Of a stretch of 64,000 nt of DNA, positions 18,138 to 29,143 are shown piece by piece. The DNA is from Promethearchaeota archaeon Loki_b32 (GTDB lineage: Archaea > Asgardarchaeota > Lokiarchaeia > Sigyniarchaeales > SOKP01). The DNA is taken from contig NJBH01000002.1 in NCBI GenBank assembly GCA_005223125.1, positions 171,950-235,949 on the forward strand, read 5' to 3'. Under the pieces are notes generated by a model. The model ran no database searches and was not told where the DNA came from. It saw only the letters and a program-made list of their open reading frames with translations. Position numbers and translations under genes: made by a program. Positions within the stretch are counted from its first letter, which is position 1; each line of letters opens with the position of its first letter.

Positions 18138-20600
18138 TTAAACTTGTTTCTCCTCGAATGTTTTTCTCCATTTTTCTAACTGTTTTAATAACTTTGGAGT
18201 ATCTGGAACTTGAATAAGTTGTTTTGTATATATTGGATAATATTTGTATAGATTATTTAGCAGATCTAGCCAAAATTTTTGACTTTCTGTTTGATCTGGT
18301 ATTTCTTTTTTTAATTGGAGAATTATCTTTTTCTCTTTTTTAGCTTTGAGAGATTTCAAGAAGTTTTTCATGACCAGTACTCTAAATTCTGAGTATTCTT
18401 CTGGTCTAAAATTAGCTAATGAGTAGCACATATTATCATCAGGAAATGGTAAGAATTTTATTAACTTATCTTCTGGTACTTTAGGATTATCAAGCAACGT
18501 AAGTTCTATATCAGTTTTGCTGATATTTTCTAAAATGGGATATAATTCTCCAGGAGATATTTTTGTTTTTCGCTCTATTTGGTAGGCAATTTCAGAAATT
18601 GGAATATATAGTACAGGAAATTTCTCTTGATTCTCTATTCGAAAATAATAATCCTTTGTTATGATTTGCATAATTAATTCATTTATTTCTTCAGAAAGAT
18701 CATCGGCAGTAAAAGATATTTGGGTCTCCTTCAATTTCTCTTCAAAAATTACTTTATCTTTCTGTTTTTTACCATAACCTACAGAAAGAGATGAAATAAA
18801 ACTATTTGCTGCTTCACCTTCTTCTTCTCCTTTGACTAATCGGCTAGTTTTACTTTCACCTTCCAATGCTCTTTCAAATATTCTTTCACTAAGATATTTT
18901 CTAGCTTTTTGTGCTGCAACTCCTTTTTTCTCAAATTGCTCGGTGACTGAAACAAAATCAATCATCTTTACTAGTTTTCCTAATTCCTTTTTTTCTTCTG
19001 TTATTAATATATCCATATCCTTTTTCGCTAACTGTTCAAGGAGATCATAAACATTTCCTTTAGATAACTGAGTTGCTTTAATTAGTTCTCGCTCAATTAT
19101 TTCAATAGGATAAGCCTCACCTCTTCTGATATATTCACTCCTTATAATTTTATAGACTTTATCTAGGCTTCTCTCTTCTTTACTAACAGTTTCTTTTTGC
19201 AATCGCATAAACATTGAAGTCTCATGCGGTTTTATATAATAAATTAATAAAGTTGTACCTAAGAAAAATATCATAAGCACTGAAATAATATATTTATCCC
19301 ACATTAATACCATACCCACGTCAGTTACTATTTGATTTGGAATTTTACTTGCAAGAGAGAAACGTGTCAATGTTTGAGCAAATACACAAGCTAAAAATAA
19401 TAATATCAAACCGTCTTTTTTGAAGATCAATATGCGCCATCCAAGTGTTTTACCCAGTTTCTTTACTATGCGATATAAAAAGTACATTGAAATAATAAAT
19501 TCAAATACAAAAATAAATGAAACAACAGAACCTGTTGCTCCGATAGTTGCTTGGAAAGCGCTAATAGTCTCATCTTGAAGTAACATGTAAATACTAATTT
19601 GTAGAATCTGAAAGAAAAAAATGAAGAACACTATCAATGAGAAAGTAAAATTATCAAAAGTACCAGCTCTTTTAGTTTCAGCTCGTCGTCTAGTTGATAC
19701 ATATTCAAAAATGATGAAAACCAGAGTCATTACTAAACTAAAGTAAATTAAGGGCATTATCTTGGTCATTTCTAGATTATAAACTGCGACCGCACCGCTT
19801 GGATCTTTAGGTCCGAAAAAATCTAAAGATAAAAATACTAAGAAACTTCTATAAAATAATGAAATTACAATAAGTACGCCTAAAATAAAAAATGGGATAA
19901 TTACTGCAAAAAAATATCTTGATACTGAATATTTTTTAATGAATCTCGCTTCGATTTTTGTTGAAAATTTTCTTGAATAAATATAAAAACGACTACTTAA
20001 TAAGACTAGCCAAATCATCGCTAGCGTTAATAAATACGTCATAAAGTTAATACCTGTTCCAATGTATAAAAACAGGATGTATAATAATAAAATTAGACCA
20101 CAATACAATATTAATTGTTTAATAGCACTATTATTTTCAAAAATAAAGATTCTAAATTTATCTATACTTAGTAAAATGGATAAAACTAGAAAAAAAGCAA
20201 CAATAGTAATTGAGAAGGCAAATGGATTTCCAAATGTTAATATATTAATCCAAGATCCAGGAAGATTAATTGCTGTAATCAAAACTAGCGAATAAAAAAT
20301 AAATATAGCATATAATCCAAAAAATTTCTTTTCGAAAGAATATGATTTTGGTACTTTTCCATCAACATAAACCTCTTGATGAACAATCTTATCATAAAAA
20401 CTGGTCTTAACCTTGGATTTTAAAGAACTTACTTTCCTTCTTTGTCTTGAAGAAAAGGCTTTAACCCCATTCTTAACCCCTATTTTCCCCAGTTTTAAGG
20501 TTTTTGGTAATTTTAATACCTTAAGTTTCTCTTGTTTTTTCTTGGTTTCTGCTTCAGAACCATTTGATTTTTTTGAAGAATTAGATTGCTTATCAGACAT
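18138..20600 (-). CDS. Large multi-pass membrane protein with C-terminal tandem winged-helix-like domains
   Basis: About 10 TM helices, then two similar helix-turn-helix segments (PIEIIERELIKATQLSKGNVYDLLEQL; PISEIAYQIERKTKISPGELYPILENI). Confidence 0.6.
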   Translation of the reverse strand: MSDKQSNSSKKSNGSEAETKKKQEKLKVLKLPKTLKLGKIGVKNGVKAFSSRQRRKVSSLKSKVKTSFYDKIVHQEVYVDGKVPKSYSFEKKFFGLYAIFIFYSLVLITAINLPGSWINILTFGNPFAFSITIVAFFLVLSILLSIDKFRIFIFENNSAIKQLILYCGLILLLYILFLYIGTGINFMTYLLTLAMIWLVLLSSRFYIYSRKFSTKIEARFIKKYSVSRYFFAVIIPFFILGVLIVISLFYRSFLVFLSLDFFGPKDPSGAVAVYNLEMTKIMPLIYFSLVMTLVFIIFEYVSTRRRAETKRAGTFDNFTFSLIVFFIFFFQILQISIYMLLQDETISAFQATIGATGSVVSFIFVFEFIISMYFLYRIVKKLGKTLGWRILIFKKDGLILLFLACVFAQTLTRFSLASKIPNQIVTDVGMVLMWDKYIISVLMIFFLGTTLLIYYIKPHETSMFMRLQKETVSKEERSLDKVYKIIRSEYIRRGEAYPIEIIERELIKATQLSKGNVYDLLEQLAKKDMDILITEEKKELGKLVKMIDFVSVTEQFEKKGVAAQKARKYLSERIFERALEGESKTSRLVKGEEEGEAANSFISSLSVGYGKKQKDKVIFEEKLKETQISFTADDLSEEINELIMQIITKDYYFRIENQEKFPVLYIPISEIAYQIERKTKISPGELYPILENISKTDIELTLLDNPKVPEDKLIKFLPFPDDNMCYSLANFRPEEYSEFRVLVMKNFLKSLKAKKEKKIILQLKKEIPDQTESQKFWLDLLNNLYKYYPIYTKQLIQVPDTPKLLKQLEKWRKTFEEKQV

Positions 20601-20710
20601 TGTATTAATGCTATTCTTCTATTCTTAAAATAAAAATATTATATATATATTTTATCTATAAGAATTTTTAAAATTTGATAAGTTCTCAATAAAAAAGAAC
20701 TATATTCAGA

Positions 20711-21187
20711 TTATAGCTGACTAGATAACCATTTCTCAAAAGTTTTATCATCTTCTTTTTTCTTCCTAATTGCGTCTTGGAGATGCTGTTTCTGAGCATC
20801 TGTTTTATAATAAAAATTATAACAATTAATACAAATCCATTCCTTAAGAAGTGGATTCCATACCATATCCTCACCTAAGGTTGCAATATCATGAGATAAC
20901 TTACTCATCTCGATTGACTTACATGTAATTCCTCCATGACATTTTAAAGTAGAACATGATAACGCCTGAAGAAGTTCATTAGTTTCTTTAATAAGACTAT
21001 CTTCCCTTTTTGCTTGTGAGGGAATATTTGTACCATTTAACTGTTTCTTTCTATAGAGATCTCTTAAATGGTTTAAATCCTTAAGTTCTTCATGAACTGC
21101 CTTCCTGAGGACCAACTTTAAGCTAGTCCTAACCCGTCGTAGTTTAGACGTCTTTAAGACTAATACCTTCCATTTTTCTGATCTCAT
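20711..21187 (-). CDS. Hypothetical protein with possible zinc site
   Basis: Intact 158-aa ORF; CHGGITC and WICINC. Confidence 0.6.
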   Translation of the reverse strand: MRSEKWKVLVLKTSKLRRVRTSLKLVLRKAVHEELKDLNHLRDLYRKKQLNGTNIPSQAKREDSLIKETNELLQALSCSTLKCHGGITCKSIEMSKLSHDIATLGEDMVWNPLLKEWICINCYNFYYKTDAQKQHLQDAIRKKKEDDKTFEKWLSSQL

Positions 21188-21324
21188 TATAATTAAATAA
21201 AAAATATTTATGTTTTAAGTTCACTCTAAGTTCGTTAAACAAATCTATTTATACAATAATTTCTAAAATATAAAAAAAGAAGTAATTTAACATATTAAAT
21301 TATTTATAAAGAACGTTTTAGAGA

Positions 21325-21708
21325 ATGAAAATGAATGGTAATAATAAATATTCGATTGATTTAGATTTAGAAATAAAATATCAACCATTGGAAATTATTG
21401 ATATTCCCCAATTAATAGAAGAATGTACTAGTAAATGGCAGAATTTATCCCTTTGTAATGTTAATGATTCTGTTATCAGATTGGCAGTTCTCGAAGGAGT
21501 TTTTCATTGGCATAGGCATGAAAAAGAAGATGAATTCTTTTTCGTTATTGAAGGCATACTTTTAATTGATTTGGGAGATAAGGTCTTTGAATTAAAATCA
21601 AATCAAGGTTTTACTGTACCTAGAGGTGTAATGCATCGAACAAGAGCCCCTTCTCGTACTTCAATATTAATGATAGAACAAAGTACTACAAAACCAACAG
21701 GAGATTGA
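21325..21708 (+). CDS. Cupin domain protein
   Basis: FHWHRHEKEDEFFFVIEG and VPRGVMHRT. Confidence 0.9.
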   Translation: MKMNGNNKYSIDLDLEIKYQPLEIIDIPQLIEECTSKWQNLSLCNVNDSVIRLAVLEGVFHWHRHEKEDEFFFVIEGILLIDLGDKVFELKSNQGFTVPRGVMHRTRAPSRTSILMIEQSTTKPTGD

Positions 21709-21776
21709 AGGTAATTCAAAACAAATGTGGATTTGCAATATTAAGATATTTTTCAATAATATCAAAAATCTCTTCC

Positions 21777-22091
21777 TTAGTACCAATATAACCAAAAAGT
21801 TTGCCATTCGCTTATTGTCTTTGGAGATGTTCCGTTAATATTTGCCGAAAGCTCTTCTGGATCTGCTGCTAATAAATCAGAAATTGTGCTTATACCATTA
21901 GCATTTAGATTCTCAACAGTCCTTTTTCCGATCCCCTTCACTTGAATCAAAGATACTTTCTCGCCATTACCTTTACTTCTTTCTGGACTTACTGAATTAT
22001 CTTCATCTTCATATAAAGTCTCAATCTTAAAATCTAAACCGGGAGAATCAGGAAGATCTACTTTATCGGTGTCTGCAACTCCTGCACCCAT
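21777..22091 (-). CDS. Helix-hairpin-helix domain protein
   Basis: LIQVKGIGKRTVENLNANGISTISDL..GTSPKTISEW. Confidence 0.7.
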   Translation of the reverse strand: MGAGVADTDKVDLPDSPGLDFKIETLYEDEDNSVSPERSKGNGEKVSLIQVKGIGKRTVENLNANGISTISDLLAADPEELSANINGTSPKTISEWQTFWLYWY

Positions 22092-22339
22092 AATTATTCT
22101 TAAAACTAAATGTTCAGAAATTTTTTTCTTTATATATTTTTACAATTAAATTTAGTAATATGATGCGTTTAGAAGAAAATTCAATTGTAAATGACATTGG
22201 ATTAGAACTACTATTTTGAGAGAATAAATATAAAAACGAAAAACAATGAAAGTATATTCTGTCAAATTTGATTTCTAAATGTAAATTTTAAATATACTTA
22301 AAGTATTTTATTTAATTATAGTTAAAGCATTTTGTTATC

Positions 22340-22624
22340 TTGAAAATGTATAGAGATCAAATCGAAAGTAGAGAAAGCCTGATTAAGTTAGTTAAAAAAG
22401 CAATTGAATTACTCGCCGAAAAAAATATATCTCGAACAGTGATTTTATCCTCCTATAAGATTAATTCGGTTTTGAAAGAAAGCTATGGAGTGAATATCAA
22501 AGTTGATAAAATCGGCAGAGTTCTAAGTAAAATAGCTAAGTTAAATGAATTAAAGAGGCTTAATACTAATATACCTAAATACAAATTACAGATATCCAAA
22601 GTTTCGAGTTTAAAATTTTTTTGA
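22340..22624 (+). CDS. Small basic hypothetical protein (possible winged helix)
   Basis: 94-aa Lys-rich ORF with helix-turn-helix-like spacing (SSYKINSVLKESYGVNIKVDKIGRVLSKI). Confidence 0.55.
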   Translation: MKMYRDQIESRESLIKLVKKAIELLAEKNISRTVILSSYKINSVLKESYGVNIKVDKIGRVLSKIAKLNELKRLNTNIPKYKLQISKVSSLKFF

Positions 22625-22632
22625 GTTAAACT

Positions 22633-24000
22633 TTAGCTTAAATTTCGAAAACCAGTTATTATTTTTTGAAGTTTTTCAAACAATATCTTTATTTCTGAGT
22701 TATGATCTTTAAAATGTTGTAATTCAGTGCTCAATTTTACAATTTTTTCGTCAATATTGTTCTGTAATGGAGTTAATGAAGTTTCAATCTTTTTTTCGAT
22801 ATCTTCGGCTAAGGAATTCACCTGATCATTTGTTGTTGTTATATTTGTTTTATAATTATTTACTAATTCTTCGATATGTAAGATCATTTGAGTACTTTCC
22901 TGTATTTTTTCAGACATTGAAATTCCTAAGGTCTCCAGCTCATTATTTATATCTCCAAAATTATTATCTATGATTGTTTTTATCTCTTCAATTAATTTAT
23001 CTTTTGAACTCGATATATGTTCTTTAAGATCCCTATTAACCTCAACTCGACTATCCACATATTTAGAAATACTCTTTTTAAATTCATTTACAGTTTCGTT
23101 CAATGTTTTCTTAAACCAATTATCCACCTTAATAAGCCCCGAAGATATTGCTTCTTTCATTTTACTCAGCGCTTTACTTATATATTCAGTTCCTCTAGAT
23201 GTTCCTTGATTCATTTCATTAATCCATTCTCCTATTTGAGTCTTAATCATATCCGTGACTTCTTTAGAGAAATTTTCAGTTCCTTGTTGAAACCCCGAAA
23301 TAATCGGATCCATATGCTGATAATCTTTGATTTCATCATCACTTTCTATTGTTTCTTCAGATGTAGGGATTTCTTGTAATTCTCCGGGAGGTGGTTCAAC
23401 AAATTCATTTAGTTCCTTAATAAGAATAGGATCTTTTTTATGAAAATCCTCTGAGAATTTTTGAACCCATTTAAAATACTCTAATGAAGCTGGTAGTTCG
23501 ATTTCAAAGGGAATAGTATGGTATTTTTCAGCTTTAGAATAATCATCTAATCTATAGATTTCAAATCCAAGATTTCCATTTTTGCCCATAAGTGTATGAT
23601 CGAATACAATACCAAAACCATAGGGAAATGTCTCTCCTTGGAAATACTGCAAATTATTTATATCACTTTCTGATAAATATAATCCCCATGAAGGATGAGA
23701 ATGATAATAACCAATTAAATCAGAGGAATACTTTTTCCCAATCTCCTTGAATAAAGAATAAGTATCTTTGTCAAAGCCAATTTCAGCTTTATCTCCATGA
23801 ATTAATGGAACAGCATTTTCTACAATGACCTTATCTTCGACATTATCATATTTTCCTACACAGATCCCCATTACTTCAATATTTTGCTCAAGAGCATCAC
23901 TACCAAAACGTAGTACATGAGTAAGCATATTTCTAAAAGCTTCCTTTTTAATGAAGATATTTCCCTTTTGGATCTTTTCATTAGATTCCTTTTCAGCCAT
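22633..24000 (-). CDS. JAB1/MPN+ (JAMM) isopeptidase with long C-terminal coiled coil, paralogue 2
   Basis: MLTHVLRFG, EVMG, GYYHSHPSWGLYLSESD (HxHx7Sx2D intact); ~230-aa helical tail. Confidence 0.88.
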   Translation of the reverse strand: MAEKESNEKIQKGNIFIKKEAFRNMLTHVLRFGSDALEQNIEVMGICVGKYDNVEDKVIVENAVPLIHGDKAEIGFDKDTYSLFKEIGKKYSSDLIGYYHSHPSWGLYLSESDINNLQYFQGETFPYGFGIVFDHTLMGKNGNLGFEIYRLDDYSKAEKYHTIPFEIELPASLEYFKWVQKFSEDFHKKDPILIKELNEFVEPPPGELQEIPTSEETIESDDEIKDYQHMDPIISGFQQGTENFSKEVTDMIKTQIGEWINEMNQGTSRGTEYISKALSKMKEAISSGLIKVDNWFKKTLNETVNEFKKSISKYVDSRVEVNRDLKEHISSSKDKLIEEIKTIIDNNFGDINNELETLGISMSEKIQESTQMILHIEELVNNYKTNITTTNDQVNSLAEDIEKKIETSLTPLQNNIDEKIVKLSTELQHFKDHNSEIKILFEKLQKIITGFRNLS

Positions 24001-24006
24001 TTTTAC

Positions 24007-25473
24007 TTATTCCTCTCTTTTCTCTAATTTTTCTATCTTGTTCAATAGATCTTGATTTTCTTTTTTTAATTCTGTTATATTTTTTTGTAGAGTTTTGATT
24101 TCAATATCTTGTGTGGCTAATTTGTTTCGGAGGGGTGTCTTTGAGCTCTCTAATAATATTATTGCTGCTTTCAAATCAGAAAGAAAATTTTTAGTTTCTT
24201 TATTCAAATTGATAAAATTTCCGATAACTTTATTTGTATTTTTTGTGAATTTTTCAGAGGAATCTTCAATACTTTTGTTTAGGATTTCTGGTGTTAAATT
24301 TTTTATTGAACCTAATTTATCCGATAGACTTTCTAATACAGATTTTTGTTGCTTCAAAATATCAGAAGATTCTAAACCTTTCACATTATTCTTAGTTAGG
24401 ACTTCTGTCTGTTCATAAAATTTGGTAAATTTAGAATTAAGATTGTCATTTATTTTTTGTTCAAACAAAACATTAAATTGTTCCTCAAGGTCAGTTTTAA
24501 TAGTATTAAATATATCCCTGAAATATTCCTGATCTGAGTCAAATTCTTCGAATTTATCGTCAATATACATATCTAATTCATTTAATTTTTCCTTTATTGA
24601 AAATTTAAAATCCTTTTGTAAATTAGAAATTCCTTCACTAAGGCTGTTTTTTATTGTAATAACATCTTTTCTCATTTGTAAATTATTTTCAACAGTATTC
24701 CTTATAATACCGTCGCTCCAAGAATTGATAATCTCTATTAATGGTAAAATTGATAAATCTAGGAATTTTGTCAAACCTGATTTGAGAGAAGATAAAATCA
24801 TTACCGAATTTAATTCTGGTTTCTTTGCTAGAATTTGACTTTCACTTGGAAAAGCAATGTCTCCAAAAAAATCAGGCATTTCATTAATTTCTAATATTGG
24901 GGGCTCTTTTGAATGAACAAAATTAATTAATTCTATTAATTTTATATAATATTCGAGACTATCTGGAGGTTCCAGTGTTGTTTTTACTTCGTGATAACCA
25001 GACATTTGACCTTTTGCAGGATTATCTAATCTAAATGTACGAAATCCTAAATCTCCTGGAGATTCCAAATGTGTGTGATCAAAAACAATACCTATAGCAC
25101 TTGGATTTGGGGTCTGCCATCCTAATTGGTTTCTTATATCTGTAGAAGAAAAGAATATATTTAGTCCAGGATGAGAGTGGTACCACCCACAACTAAACCA
25201 ATTTTTTTCAGCATATGCTGCATCAACCATAGAAAATGTCACATAATCCTCAGGGGCAAATGCTACTTCAATTGCACCACCATGTGAAATGGGGATAGCA
25301 TCTTCTATGATTACATCATATATTCCTTTTTTATCAGGTTCTCCTTCTATCCTGCCAATTAAAATCCCCATGACTTCTTTAAACTGCCTGCGATCCCTAG
25401 CTTTATTTCCAAACCGTAGGACATGTACGAGCATTTTATAATAGGCATCAGGTTTAATAATAACAGATGTCAA
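24007..25473 (-). CDS. JAB1/MPN+ (JAMM) isopeptidase with long C-terminal coiled coil, paralogue 1
   Basis: KMLVHVLRFG, KEVMGILIG, GWYHSHPGLNIFFSSTD (HxHx7Sx2D intact); ~270-aa helical tail; 6 bp from paralogue 2. Confidence 0.9.
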   Translation of the reverse strand: MTSVIIKPDAYYKMLVHVLRFGNKARDRRQFKEVMGILIGRIEGEPDKKGIYDVIIEDAIPISHGGAIEVAFAPEDYVTFSMVDAAYAEKNWFSCGWYHSHPGLNIFFSSTDIRNQLGWQTPNPSAIGIVFDHTHLESPGDLGFRTFRLDNPAKGQMSGYHEVKTTLEPPDSLEYYIKLIELINFVHSKEPPILEINEMPDFFGDIAFPSESQILAKKPELNSVMILSSLKSGLTKFLDLSILPLIEIINSWSDGIIRNTVENNLQMRKDVITIKNSLSEGISNLQKDFKFSIKEKLNELDMYIDDKFEEFDSDQEYFRDIFNTIKTDLEEQFNVLFEQKINDNLNSKFTKFYEQTEVLTKNNVKGLESSDILKQQKSVLESLSDKLGSIKNLTPEILNKSIEDSSEKFTKNTNKVIGNFINLNKETKNFLSDLKAAIILLESSKTPLRNKLATQDIEIKTLQKNITELKKENQDLLNKIEKLEKREE

Positions 25474-25891
25474 TTGTAATCACGATTTATGTTTTAGATT
25501 TAGATTTAGTTTGTTAATGATATATATATAGTTTTTATTTGGTTTTAAATATTTGAATAATTGAATGGAATTTAAATACTAAAATTTTCTAGTCTGATGG
25601 TTAATGGGAATTTTTGTATTATATTAAGGAAAACAGACATTAACACTGGTTAAATTTTTTTGAACTTGTATTATAAAATGCAGAGAGTTTATACTATACT
25701 AATGATAAGGCCACTAGAATCTAGTCCAATGTAAATAAGTTGAATATATAAAAGTACCATTTTTTTAGAAAAAAGGATAAAAGATCGTTTCTAACTAAAA
25801 TCGCTAATATTTTAGAGAAACGCTATTTTTAAAGAAAGAAAAATATCGTTAATTAAATTAATAATAATAATAAATTATTTGAGTGATATAT

Positions 25892-27082
25892 ATGAGCTTT
25901 AAAATAAAAAGTAATGTTTATTGGGTCGGTAAAGTAGATTGGGAACTCAGAAAATTCCATGGAAACGAATATTCCACGAATCGTGGTTCTACTTACAATT
26001 CCTACTTAATTAAGGAAGAAAAAATTGTACTAATTGATACTGTTTGGAAGCCCTTTTCGAAAGAATTTGTTGAGAATCTATCTAAAGAAATTGATTTAAG
26101 TAAAATTGATTATGTTATTACAAATCACGCAGAGAGTGATCATAGTGGAGCACTTCCGGAACTCATGAAAAAGATACCAGAGACGCCAATATATTGTACT
26201 GCAAATGGCGTAAAGTCAATAAAGGGACATTATCATAAAGATTGGAATTTTCAAGTAGTAAAAACGGGGGATACGTTAGATCTAGGAAATGGTAAACAAT
26301 TAATCTTTGTAGAAATGAGGATGCTTCATTGGCCTGATAGTATGGCATGTTATTTGACCAAAGACAATATACTATTCAGCAATGATGCTTTCGGTCAACA
26401 TTACGCTAATGAATTTATGTATAACGATCTTGTTGATCAAAATGAACTTTATGCAGAGTGCATAAAATATTATGCTAATATTCTCACACCTTTCAGTGCG
26501 TTTGTTGATAAAAAAATAAAAGAGGTTTTAGATCTTAAAATCCCTATTGATATTATTGCAACAAGTCATGGAGTTATTTGGAGAGACAATCCAACTCAAA
26601 TCGTAGAAAAATATTTAACTTGGGCTAACGATTACCAAGAAAACCAAATTACAATATTATACGATACAATGTGGGATGGAACAAAAAGAATGGCCGAAGC
26701 AATTACAAAAGGAATTCGTGAAATTGATAAGAAAGTTAATGTTAAATTGTATAACATAGCCAAAACCGATAAAAACGACTTAATTACAGAGATCTTTAAA
26801 TCTAGGATAATTCTTGTAGGATCACCTACTATTGGTGGAGGAATTCTATCTAGTGTTGCCGAAATTTTGGAGATGATTAAAGGAATGCGTTTTAAAAACA
26901 AGAAAGCGGCGTCATTCGGCTGTTATGGATGGAGTGGAGAATCAATAAAGGTTATAAAGGAACATTTAGAAAAGAGCGGTTTTTCTGTAATTAACGACGG
27001 TATACGCGCTTTGTGGAACCCTGATGATGAAAGTTTGGAAAAATGCGTAGAATTCGGCAGAGAAATAGCTAATACTAAATAA
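25892..27082 (+). CDS. fprA: Flavodiiron protein FprA (NO/O2 reductase)
   Basis: GSTYNSYLI, NHAESDHSG, HWPDSM, SNDAFGQH, SHG, flavodoxin domain YDTMWDGT..GSPT..FGCYGWSGE. Confidence 0.94.
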   Translation: MSFKIKSNVYWVGKVDWELRKFHGNEYSTNRGSTYNSYLIKEEKIVLIDTVWKPFSKEFVENLSKEIDLSKIDYVITNHAESDHSGALPELMKKIPETPIYCTANGVKSIKGHYHKDWNFQVVKTGDTLDLGNGKQLIFVEMRMLHWPDSMACYLTKDNILFSNDAFGQHYANEFMYNDLVDQNELYAECIKYYANILTPFSAFVDKKIKEVLDLKIPIDIIATSHGVIWRDNPTQIVEKYLTWANDYQENQITILYDTMWDGTKRMAEAITKGIREIDKKVNVKLYNIAKTDKNDLITEIFKSRIILVGSPTIGGGILSSVAEILEMIKGMRFKNKKAASFGCYGWSGESIKVIKEHLEKSGFSVINDGIRALWNPDDESLEKCVEFGREIANTK

Positions 27083-27160
27083 TTAAATTTTTTTAATATA
27101 TTTTTTATTTCAAAATGTTAATATCAATAAGTAAGTCATGAAAAAATAAAACCAAAAATA
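26989..27160 (+). repeat. Direct repeat copy 1 (3' end of fprA plus T-rich downstream region)
   Basis: 27010-27160 matches 29154-29304 with one mismatch; the 10-bp AATTAACGAC is also shared upstream. Confidence 0.95.
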
Positions 27161-27239
27161 AATACTTAATTCCGTTTTTTCATTTACTTTTTCACCTTTT
27201 ATATGTAACATTTTTTTAATTTGGGCTAACTGGCAATTC

Positions 27240-27440
27240 TTACGAATCAAACTTTCGGTACAATGAAAATATAATTCCATATGTCTTACGAGCATTCACT
27301 AACCCAAATTTAAGATGCTTGGATTTATCATCTTGCCATAACGCATAACAGCAATTTTCTTTCCCACTTTCTTCGATATATTGCCTTCTAAACGTAATAA
27401 TCTCTCCATTAGGAGTAATTTCATAATTCTCTATTTCCAT
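27240..27440 (-). pseudogene. Short hypothetical ORF or fragment inside islet
   Basis: 66-aa ORF with a possible RBS (AAGGGTTG) but no recognisable family. Confidence 0.35.
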
Positions 27441-27921
27441 ATTGTAAGCAACCCTTTTTCTAATATTATAAATTTATTTTGAAAATATATTTTTTTCAAT
27501 TCTTTTCGCTCTATGATACCATCTGATTCCCAATTCTGTGAGCAGGTAAAACTTCTTTATGCGACCCTAATTTAATTACGCTTTTCCTTATCTTTAAGTA
27601 TTTTTGATCAATAAAGGTCATAATTATGTTATGTCTCAAAAAAATACTTTCCTATTAAAAATTACATTTTAACGTTGATTAATTGGTCCAATAAAAAGGA
27701 TTGTCGTAACTAGTTCATTATCATCTCTTTTATTAGAATTATTCACTGCTATTAACCTTCGTTAGATTTTTCATAGGCTTTGTAGAAAAGCTCAAACATT
27801 TCCTCTTCGGTAATATTCCAATCTTTAAAAAACTATGAAGCAATTGATTTTTAAGTTTTTTTCTGTCTTTATTTATAGAAACAATAGAAAATTATTTAAT
27901 TTTGAATGAATAACTAGATTA

Positions 27922-28920
27922 TTGCTCTTGCGAATATCTAAAATATTACAAAATCTAATAGTTATATCATTAGGAATTCTATTTACCATTAGTTTATTTT
28001 ATTTGACTCTTGAGTTCGGTAATATATTACATCTATTATTAAAACCGTTAACTCCAACACCTTATTATCTTACACTTCCTCCTAATATTCAAGAAATTGG
28101 TTTAATCTGTCTTTGTATTATTATAATAATTATAATATTAGGCTTTATAATAAAAAATGTAACAATATCTTCTATTGGGTCTTTTATTTTATTTCTACCC
28201 ACTTTTGCACATTTTCTTGGGGGAATGTTCTTGCTTGTAGGTATTCAAGTATTACAAGTTATTCTATTTCCTTTGAATTCATCTGAATATGATCTATTAT
28301 CTTTTGGATCTATTATTAAATTGCCTTATATTATCATTGAATATTTTTATAATGATAATATAAAGTTAACATCGTTTTCAATGAATAAAGAGCTTTTTAT
28401 AACATATTTTAGCTATGGCATTATTTTAATTGGACTTGTAATATTTTCCTATGGAGTAATTGCATGGCTTCAAGGAGTTCTTAAAAAAAAAGATATTTTT
28501 GATTTTTCTATTTATAAATATTCACGCCATCCACAATATTTAGGATATCTTCTCTGGAGTTATGGTATATATCTCTTAACATTAATACCCAAAAGTTTAC
28601 CTCGTGGTGGGATACTATTTGAATATACTTTTGTTTGGTATCTCTCAGCACTGATAATTATTAGTGTTGCGTTATATGAGGAAGTCTTAATGAATGATAA
28701 ATTTCCAGAAAAATATGCTGAGTATAGAAAAAAAGTATCGTTTTTAATTCCAATGCCTAAAATATTTAAATCTATATTTACTATGCCAATGAGGTTGGTA
28801 TTTAAAAAAGATTTACCAGAGAACAGAAAAGAAATTCTTTTTCTATTAGTTTTCTATGGATTACTAATTATTTTTATTTCTTTTTTATTAAACCCTTTTC
28901 TAATTATTAATATAAATTGA
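27922..28920 (+). CDS. Isoprenylcysteine carboxyl methyltransferase / PEMT / DUF1295-like membrane protein
   Basis: Multi-TM, IYKYSRHPQYLG, EE..M..KFPEKYAEYRKKVSFLIP. Confidence 0.8.
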   Translation: MLLRISKILQNLIVISLGILFTISLFYLTLEFGNILHLLLKPLTPTPYYLTLPPNIQEIGLICLCIIIIIIILGFIIKNVTISSIGSFILFLPTFAHFLGGMFLLVGIQVLQVILFPLNSSEYDLLSFGSIIKLPYIIIEYFYNDNIKLTSFSMNKELFITYFSYGIILIGLVIFSYGVIAWLQGVLKKKDIFDFSIYKYSRHPQYLGYLLWSYGIYLLTLIPKSLPRGGILFEYTFVWYLSALIIISVALYEEVLMNDKFPEKYAEYRKKVSFLIPMPKIFKSIFTMPMRLVFKKDLPENRKEILFLLVFYGLLIIFISFLLNPFLIININ

Positions 28921-28946
28921 TAAAGAATATTTTTGATTTGGTAACC

Positions 28947-29132
28947 TTACTTTTTATGATGTTTTTCTCTTCCTGACCATAATAAGCCGTATAAGCTCAC
29001 AAACATGATGATCATAACGATTATTTGATATAGTTCACTAGATTCTTTTAATATGAATAAAATAAAAGCCATAGTGATTACAGGAGTAGGGGTGGTAATC
29101 ATGCTAGCCACAGCCACATCTACATGCTTCAC
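28947..29132 (-). pseudogene. Membrane-protein fragment abutting the second repeat copy
   Basis: Two hydrophobic segments; frame begins at the repeat junction. Confidence 0.35.
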
Positions 29133-29143
29133 AGCATAAAACC

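Larger units (their letters stand above)
27161..29143. mobile_element. ~2 kb islet between direct repeats at the fprA 3' end (no integrase)
   Basis: Flanked by 151-bp direct repeats; contains one intact membrane gene and ORF fragments. Confidence 0.65.
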
